A stretch of 64,000 nucleotides of DNA from a virus, in the IMG/VR virus record IMGVR_UViG_3300008954_000007; one strand, 5' to 3'. The translations under genes and the position numbers were made by a program. This document shows positions 41,101 to 50,100 of the stretch, one piece after another (position 1 is the first letter of the stretch; each line of letters starts with the position of its first letter). The notes under the pieces are model-generated. The model worked only from the letters and a program-made list of their open reading frames with translations. It was not told the DNA's origin and ran no database searches.

Positions 41101-44100
41101 ACTACAGTCACAATTCTACAAGTTGGACAGATGAATACCAATCCAGTAATTACGTTTACTGGATCTATTTACATATACGATTCTTTAACTGATGAAGTCA
41201 TAGGTAGGGTTGAATCAGGTAGATACTCGTCGTCAACTAGTGGTGGACATTATCAATGGTGGGCAAATGTTTGGACTTATGATGGTGGTGTTGAGACTGA
41301 GCATGTACATGCAGATACTGGAAGTAGTTTTGCAGAAGGTATTGGCTTTGTAGTTGTAAGTGAAACTGGTGCTATAACACTTGGTAATTACACCCACATA
41401 TCACCAGATTTAATTGGAAAATCATTTTGTATTAGGCTTTCCATTCATGATAAAGCATGGAGATATACCTTTGGTGGTTCTAGAACCTATAAGGGTGCAA
41501 CTGTAACACAAATAAGGGCTGATAAATCAGTAGTAATTGATGGTTCTTTAACTGTTGGTGATACTGCTAGTCAAACTTATGGTTTTGGTACAGATGGAAC
41601 TCTAAACATCTCCACACTGAAAGTTGACAACACTTCAGTTGATCTTTCTTCTATTACAGGTGATTCAACTGCTAGTCAAGAGAACATCAACTATTGGGAA
41701 ATAGATGGTGGAGCCATTTCTTACTACGATGGTGATGTATCCATTGGTGGAACAGATCCAGCAGATAGTACTCTCAAGTCCAGAAGCTTAACAGTCACCA
41801 ATGACTTAGGTGTAACTAATAAAGCTACAGTTGGATCTTTGAATGTTCCAGTAGGTGGAACTCCAACAGATATCACTTTTGGTGAATCAGATCTTTCAAA
41901 AGCCAACATCAACTATTGGACAGATGATTCATCTACATTATCAACTCCTAGAAACATAGATGTAAGTGGTAATGCAACTGTTGATGGAAATTTAGTACTA
42001 GAAGGTGCTGGAAATATAGATTTCAACCATGCAGACAACTCTTATGAAATAAGAGTTACTCCTCATGCCACTGCACCTGTATTTGAAATTTGGAGTGATA
42101 TAGATAGTGGTTATTTACTGAGAAGTGGAAATGGTCAAGATGTAGTTATTAATAGAAATCTTGATGCAACAGATATAGCTGCTAGTGGCGCACTAAGTGG
42201 AGCCACACTAAGCGTTAATGGAACAGCCATTACTTTTGATGTTCCTAATGATGAAGTTAATCAAGCCAACTTAAATTATCTAACTCTATCAGGTTCAGAT
42301 CTCACTTATACTGGTGGAAGTCTTGGTATTGGAACATCCTCACCAGATTCAGCACTAGAAGTTGTTGGTGACATTGAATTATCAGGTAGTTTCAAAAGAA
42401 GTGGTGCAGTACTAGAACTTGAAAATCATTGGGGAACAAGCCCTCAAGGTTCAGGTCTTCCAATTGATAGTAACGTGTTCTTGCCAGGTGGTGATCTTGG
42501 TCAAACTGAAGGTAATGGTAATTTCTTAGTAAATGGTCTTGGAAATGATGCAAGTACTTTGTTATGGCTAAGAACTGGCACTAACCAATATGTGCTTTAT
42601 ACAGTCAACAATCAAGGTCAAGCTAGTACTAATGGTGGTGTACTAACCTTTCAAAACACACCCAATCTTATAGATGCTACTGAATATATAAGGCATGATG
42701 GGGGTACTAATGCGTATACAAGATCTGATTTCTATCCAGGTGGGCTTGGAAACTTTGTTTTCATGTTGGATAACACAAACAGAACGATTCAAACCCACTT
42801 CATAGGTTGGTTGCCAAGAATAGATACGCAACCACATTTAGAATCACAATTATCAATTGGCCCAACTAATAGTGGTTTGCGTCAATGGAGAGCATTCCTA
42901 GATGGTGCACATGCTAGTAATGATTCTTCAAGGTCACTAACTACTAGTCAATCTAATTCTGATTGGAATAGAATAGAAGCTGCATCAGCATATCATAGAG
43001 TTTATCTTTCTAATAATAACACAGCAGGTGAGGGGTCTGATTCTGGAGTTTACTCCTGGAAAATAAACCCAAAACAACATGGTGATTTGTCTTCTGCTGC
43101 TAGTATGTATAGTCAAAATGCAGTACTTTTCCCTTGGCAAAATGTTACAGAAAGCTATGCAGACGCAGATTCAACATTTGACTATGATACAGATGGTAGT
43201 GTAGTACAAGTAGTTCAATTAAATAATATTGTAAACACCTTATATGATGGTATGGATGAAGGAGATAAAGCCTCTGTTAAGATATTAGATATGGCTTTTG
43301 ATGACACAAATGACATTGCTGTATTCTTAACAAACAAGGGTTTGTTCAAAGCAGATATAAATCCTTCAACTGGCTTGTTATCAAATGAACAGAGCTTCCT
43401 ATTATTCTCTGCAATAACAGGGGTTAATACTAATAGTGGTGTAGTTGGAGATCCATTTGCTGATACAAGAATTAGTATAGATCCATCAAAAAGAGAAGTT
43501 TATTGGGCAGATAGAAATGCAAAAGCTATTTTTAGGGCTGGATATTCTTCTGAAGATAACAATTCTTATGACATAGTTCATCAATGGACTAATTCTGATT
43601 CTTGGAATGATACACATCTTATTTCTGGAGACTTAATAGTTCTTGATACTGATACTGACTATAAAACTAGTTACATCACTGGAATGACAAGCATAGTTGG
43701 TGGAGCACCACACGTATATTATGCAGATACAGTCTCTATTGGTAAAACTTCTAAACCAGATTCAACATTAGACGTTGATGGTTCAGCTACTATTAAGAAT
43801 AGTATTACATCTACTCTAGGCAATATTACTGCTACAGCAGGTGGATTAGTTGGTCAAAGCCTTACAGTAGGTGGTGATAGTGTAACTTTTGAAAACTCAA
43901 CTGTTAATAAAGTTAACTATAACTATTTGGTAGATGCTTCAACAAAATACACCCTTAATAATCCACTAGAGATAACAGGTGCATTAACAGGTGTAACTGA
44001 TCTAACAATTGGTGGGGCAATTTCTGGTGCAACCAACGTAACAGCTTCTGGTACATTGTCAGTTGGTGGTGCTGCATTAGGATCTAATGCATTAGCAGTT

Positions 44101-47100
44101 ACTGGAGATGTTCACATTTCTGGTGATATTTCAGCTACCAATGCTACTTTTACAGATATTAACATTGCTGGAATTAGCACAACCATCGAAACTTCAGACT
44201 TAGATGTTACTGATAATGTTATCAGAGTAGCTTCTGGTGTGACAGATACTCTTGTTAATAACACAGGTATATTGTTTGGTGGTAACGCTAGTGATGCTGT
44301 TGGTTCTGGTGAGTTAGAGTCTTTACTTTATCTCACATCTACTTCTGGTTTTAATCTTTCTACAGATTTAGTAGTTTCTGGAGCTTTATCAGCTAATAGT
44401 TTGGATCTTAATGATGGTGGAATCACCAGCGCAGGTGCGATTGCAGATGCCACATCCATTACAGCTACTGGTGCTATCTCTGGAGCAAAAGGTACTTTCA
44501 CTGCTGTTGACGCAACTTCAGGTCTAATTGAAACATTAGGTAACATTGAAGGTGCAGATATTACAGCGTCTGGTGCTTTATCTGCTGCAAGCTTAAGTGT
44601 TACAGGTCTAGATTTCAGCAAGATGGATCTTTGGACATTAGATGGTGGTGGTAATTTAACCAGAGCAACAGGAAACGTAGAAATTGGTGGTGGGAACTTA
44701 ATTGTTGATGGAAACATAACTGCAGCAACAGCTTCTACTATAAGTGCAGGTAGTGCCACATTAACTATCAATAATATCACCTTGGGTGAAAATATCACTA
44801 AAGATGGCACACCAATTGATCTCTACAACGTTTGGGATACAGTTAGTGCACCAGCAGAAGTTCCCTTAGATCTTACAGCCCTTTCTGATAATATATATAA
44901 TAGTGCAATCACTGTTACTAGTACTACTATAGTATCCAACGCATCTGCCAATGATGGTAATTGGTATGTAAGTGGTGTGTTCAATGAAGATTTCACTATT
45001 ACTTTTACTGCTACTGGTGATACTGTACCAGCTACAGGTTGGGGGCCAAGGATAGCATTTGCTAATGGTGGACTCAGTTCTTTTGTAGACCACAATGGTT
45101 ATCTAGACCTCTCTACAGATTTTAATGCTGGATTTCTCTTTAATCATCAAACTGGTTCTAATCCAAATGATACTACTATACCAATTTATTTCTTTAGCAG
45201 TTCTGCTGTAGCAGAACTTGAAGATTCAGATACAATAACCCTTAGTTTTGTTGCATCAACTAATGTAGTTAGTCTTCTTGACAATGAAAACAATGTAGTT
45301 TTTTCAGGTACTTTAGCTAATGGAGATGGTTCTTTTAAATTTGCTGTTCAGATGACTGAAGAGGATCATTTTATAAATTATTCAGGAACAACAGTTAATC
45401 CAAATGCAGGTTCAATAGCCACATTTACAAATAAAGTTGCTCTAGGTGCTTCATCCTACTCAGCTAGTTATACTGGTGCTATTGATGATTCCAGTGGTAG
45501 CTACTCAGCAATTCTAAATGTCACAGCAGATGAAGATTCAGGTGATTATTTCAGAGTTAGTGATGATGGTGATGTTTACTTCTCTGGAGATCTAATTAAA
45601 GATGGTACTGTATTAGATCTAACAGCAGTCTCTGGTGATGTAGCACTCAACCAAGCTCAAATTAACTACTGGACACTTGGTGGTAGCTCTTCATTAACTT
45701 ACAATGCAGGAGCCATTAACACCAATCAAGCTCTAACAGCAGGTAGTATTTCAACTGGTGGAACTTTAGGTGTAACAGGAAAAGCTACTGTAGGTTCCTT
45801 GAATGTTGGTGGATCAGACATTACCTTTACTGAGACAGTTATTGATAAACCCACTTTAAACTATTGGTCTGATGATGAAACTACACTATCTACTACTAGA
45901 AGTGCTAGTGTTACAGGATCTTTAAGTTCTGCTTCATTAACTGTCACTAATGCCATAGGTGCAGCCAGTATGACATTATCTGGAGCAGCTAATGTTCAAT
46001 CATTAACTGCTACAGGGAACATTACAGGTCAAACTATAGACTCTAATGGTGCAATCACTGGTACTGGTCTAACAGTAGGCAGTGGTGGAGTAACCATTAA
46101 TAGTGGTGGAGACTTAAGTGTAGCTGGAGATATTACTTCAGTAACAGGCATTACAGCTACTGGAAATATTGGTGCTGTTGGTATTACTGCTTCTGCAGAC
46201 ATTGGTGCTGATAACATAGTAGCTACAGGTGATGTTACAGGTGCAAACTTAATAACTGGTGGCAATCTTACAGCCACTGGAAACATAAGTGGTGCTAATT
46301 TAACTATAGCTAATGTAAACGTCATAGGTGAATTAAGTAAAAATGGAGTAGTTCAAAACCTAAGTCACACTTGGGGGATAGATCCTGCATATCCAATTGC
46401 AGATATAACAACTTTAAGTGATACAACTTATGATAGTAGTTATTGGTCAGTAACATCAACAACAACTGGTACAAGTTTAAGTTATCTTCAAGCTAATAAC
46501 CCTAATGGTAACGCAGGGGCAGCATATTTAAATAATGTTTATACATATATGCCTGGTGGTAGTGATTTTGACATCACTATATCAAGACCATTAAACACTA
46601 ATGGTGACCCTGTTACTCTTTCTATGGGTTTTGGAGTACCATTAGATATTACTAGTAATGATTTCTTCCATTATAGTAGTGGAATGGTTGATGGGTCTAA
46701 GTATGGAGTAGGTGCTCTTACTTGGGCTGGCTCTAATGGTCATTTTTCTTGGAGATCTTGGGGCAATACTAATACTTTTAGTGACATATCCTTTTATATG
46801 GATGATGCTTCTAATTCTGTACTCAGAATTAAGTATGATCTCTCAGACAATAAAGTACAGTTTATAGATGCCACTACTGGTACAGTAATTCAAGAATATA
46901 ATAGTCCACCAGGTATGGGTAATTCTACCAATGGTTGGGCATTGAGTTTATGGGTTAATGCTAGTGGAGATAACCCAATTACTCTTGATCTTGGTGGGCT
47001 AATGGCTGATGCAGAAAGTGATGGGTTAAATACAGCCACTTATACAGGAAATGCTGTTTTAACCAATGATCTTACTGCTAACAACATTTCAGGTGTTGAT

Positions 47101-50100
47101 ATCACAGGAACTGGAGCACTAGCAATTGGATCTACTGGTCAATTATCAGTAGACGCTACTGGAGCCATAGTATCTGTTGGTGCAATCACAAGTTCAGGCT
47201 TAATTAGCACAACTAATGGTATTACAGCTACAGGAGACATTGCAGGTGCTAATGTCAACATAGCTACAGGTGGTGAACTAACTGTAGGTGGAAGTGCCAT
47301 CAGCTTAGAACCCAACGTTTGGGATAAAGTAAGTGATATTGCAGTTTATTCAGACAATGTTGCATTAGGTGCTACATCATATGATTCAGGATATACCCAA
47401 ACAGAAGCTCTATCAGTCACAGGTAACACCAAAATTGATGGTAACTTAGAGTTCACTGGTAGTCTAGTAGATGGCTCAGGAGCAACTGTTGATACTACTT
47501 CAACATTTGTTGAGGTTATTGAAGAAGGAAGTGTTTTCTTACCAGTTGGCAAAAAGCTTGGTGTTGGAAAAGCCTATACAGAAGGTGCTGAAGCTACTGC
47601 AGGTTTTGATACTAGTAATATCTTAGAAATTACTGGTGAAGCTGCAATTAGTGGAGATTTCAAAGTTGGTAGTTTAGTTGATGATAGTGAAACCATTAAG
47701 CTTAGTGCTGATGGTGCTATTACAGCTACTTCATTTACAAGTTCTGGTGCAATCACAACTACTGGAGACATAAGTGGTGCAAACATCACAGCTTCAGGAA
47801 ATGTAACTGGAGTAGTTGACTTAACAGCTTCAGGAGATATCACAGCTTCTTCTGGAACACTAGGTATTAACAACATCACCCTTGGTGGAGACATCACCAA
47901 AGATGGTACAGCCATTGATCTCTTCAACACCTGGGATAAAATAATTGTACCTGCATTTGAAGATTACCCCAATACAGGTGGTGATGATGGTTTCTTTACT
48001 GATGATAACTACCCAGATTCATCATTTACTGTTTCAATTATAAGTACTGATCCCAATCAGTGGAGCATATATAGAGGCAGTGGCCCAGCTAATGTAGGTG
48101 CTTGGCATACTTCATCCTTAGATTCTGGTATTGAATTTGAATTCAGGATGAATAATGAGTGTAGATATGCTTTGGTGTTAGATGGTGATGATGTAGCTGA
48201 TGCTAGTATTTTTCGTCATGAAGATCATATATTTGGTTTTAGAGTAGAAGGGGATGAATGGTCTGATCATGAGGTTAATATTCATTCTTATGGAACTCTT
48301 GTACTTAATGCTCACAAACCTGCAATTGGAAATGATGAGTATGAAAGGCTCAAATATAAACTCACTTATGATTATGTAACAGGTGATGCCTCTCTTCATG
48401 AAAGTATTGATAATGGAGCTTATTCCTTATTGCATACGCAAGCAATAGGTTCAGGTTTAAATCTGAAAGTTGCTGGTACTTCAACAAAATCCTATGCATA
48501 TACATATATTGACAAACTGCAAAAGATAATTGTAGGTGGTGGAACTACAATAGCTCATATAGATGAAGGAAAGATAGCTATTGGTGCATCTACTTATGAT
48601 GCTGCAAGTTACACTCAGACTGAAACACTAGCAGTTACAGGTGCAATTACATCTACAGGATCAATTACAGGTGGTTCATTAGTCTCTGGTGGAGATGTCA
48701 CCATTGCAGCAGGTAGTAACCTGATAGTTGGCTCTTCAGCTATTGACTTTAGTCTACTAGATAACTCCATAGATCAGATCAACCATTGGGTAAAAACAGG
48801 AACAGATTACATTCTAGGTTCTGTTTCCAGTACTGTAAATGCAGGTATTAACCTTGATTCACTTGGTGATGTACATGCTTTAGAAATCAATGGTTCACTG
48901 AAAGCTTCTGGAGACATCGTAACAGATGCTGATTTAGAAGTTGTACACATCTCAGCTACTGGAGATATGGGAATTGGTGGAGATGTTGTATCTTCTACTG
49001 GAAACATTGCAGCAACTGCTGGAAATGTTACAGCAGGTGGATATATTACAGCTACTGGAGATGTTACAGGTGCTAACCTAACAACTACTGGAGACTTAAC
49101 AGTTGACAATGTTGTTCTAGGTGGAAACATCACCAAAGATGGTACAGCTATTGATCTCTACAACGTTTGGGATAAGTTAGTTGTTCCAGAAACTGAAGAT
49201 ATATCTGCTTCCAATGTAATTGTTTATAAGGATGGTAGTGAAGTTAGTGGTCTAACTCATAACTTTACACCTACTGTTGGTAATACAATTGGTATTGGAA
49301 CAAGTGTTTCAAATGGTAAACCAGTTTTTGATAATCAATCCTTTAGTCTTACAATTGATGCTAATATTAGTGCTGATGATTGGTATAACATTAATATCAC
49401 GACTGAAAGTACTGTAGGCAACCAAAGTCAGGGATTATGGATTGGTGGTTGGGGTGATAGTGCTGGAAACAAAATTACTATATCATGGAACCACTTAGAT
49501 AGTAGCACTGGAGATATCACTACTGCACACAATGGAAGTGATGGTGTAATTACTCTATCTTGGAATAATGATACAGGTGTAATGACCTTTGATTTTGTTC
49601 ATGATAGTGATTCAAGTAAAGACGTTAATTTTGTTTTTGATGACAATCCAGTTCAAAGTGGTGCAGTTTTAGGTGTTTCTTTTGCTGGTGGAACACATGT
49701 TGGTATGTCTACTACTATAGACTCTATTACTTATGGTGGGTCTTTTACAAACCCCAATAGTGGAGAAATAGCAACACATGCTGATAAAATTGCTCTAGGT
49801 GATAAAACACCAGGCGCATACGATGCAGGATATACTCAAGATGAAGCACTAAAAGTTACTGGAGATGCTAACATCTCAGGTATCACTACTCTAGGCAATA
49901 ACTTAAGACTAGAAGGCAATGATCTAGTAATAGATGGTGATATTGTTAACACATCTGGTGTTAAACTAGTAGACAGTGATAATGCAGCAACAGGTGGTGT
50001 TAATCCAGCAGATATTAACTACTTATCATCTGATGGTACTAACTTAAGCTACGCTGGTGGAAACTTAGGAATAGGTTATGCATCTCCAGGAGTTGTTCCT

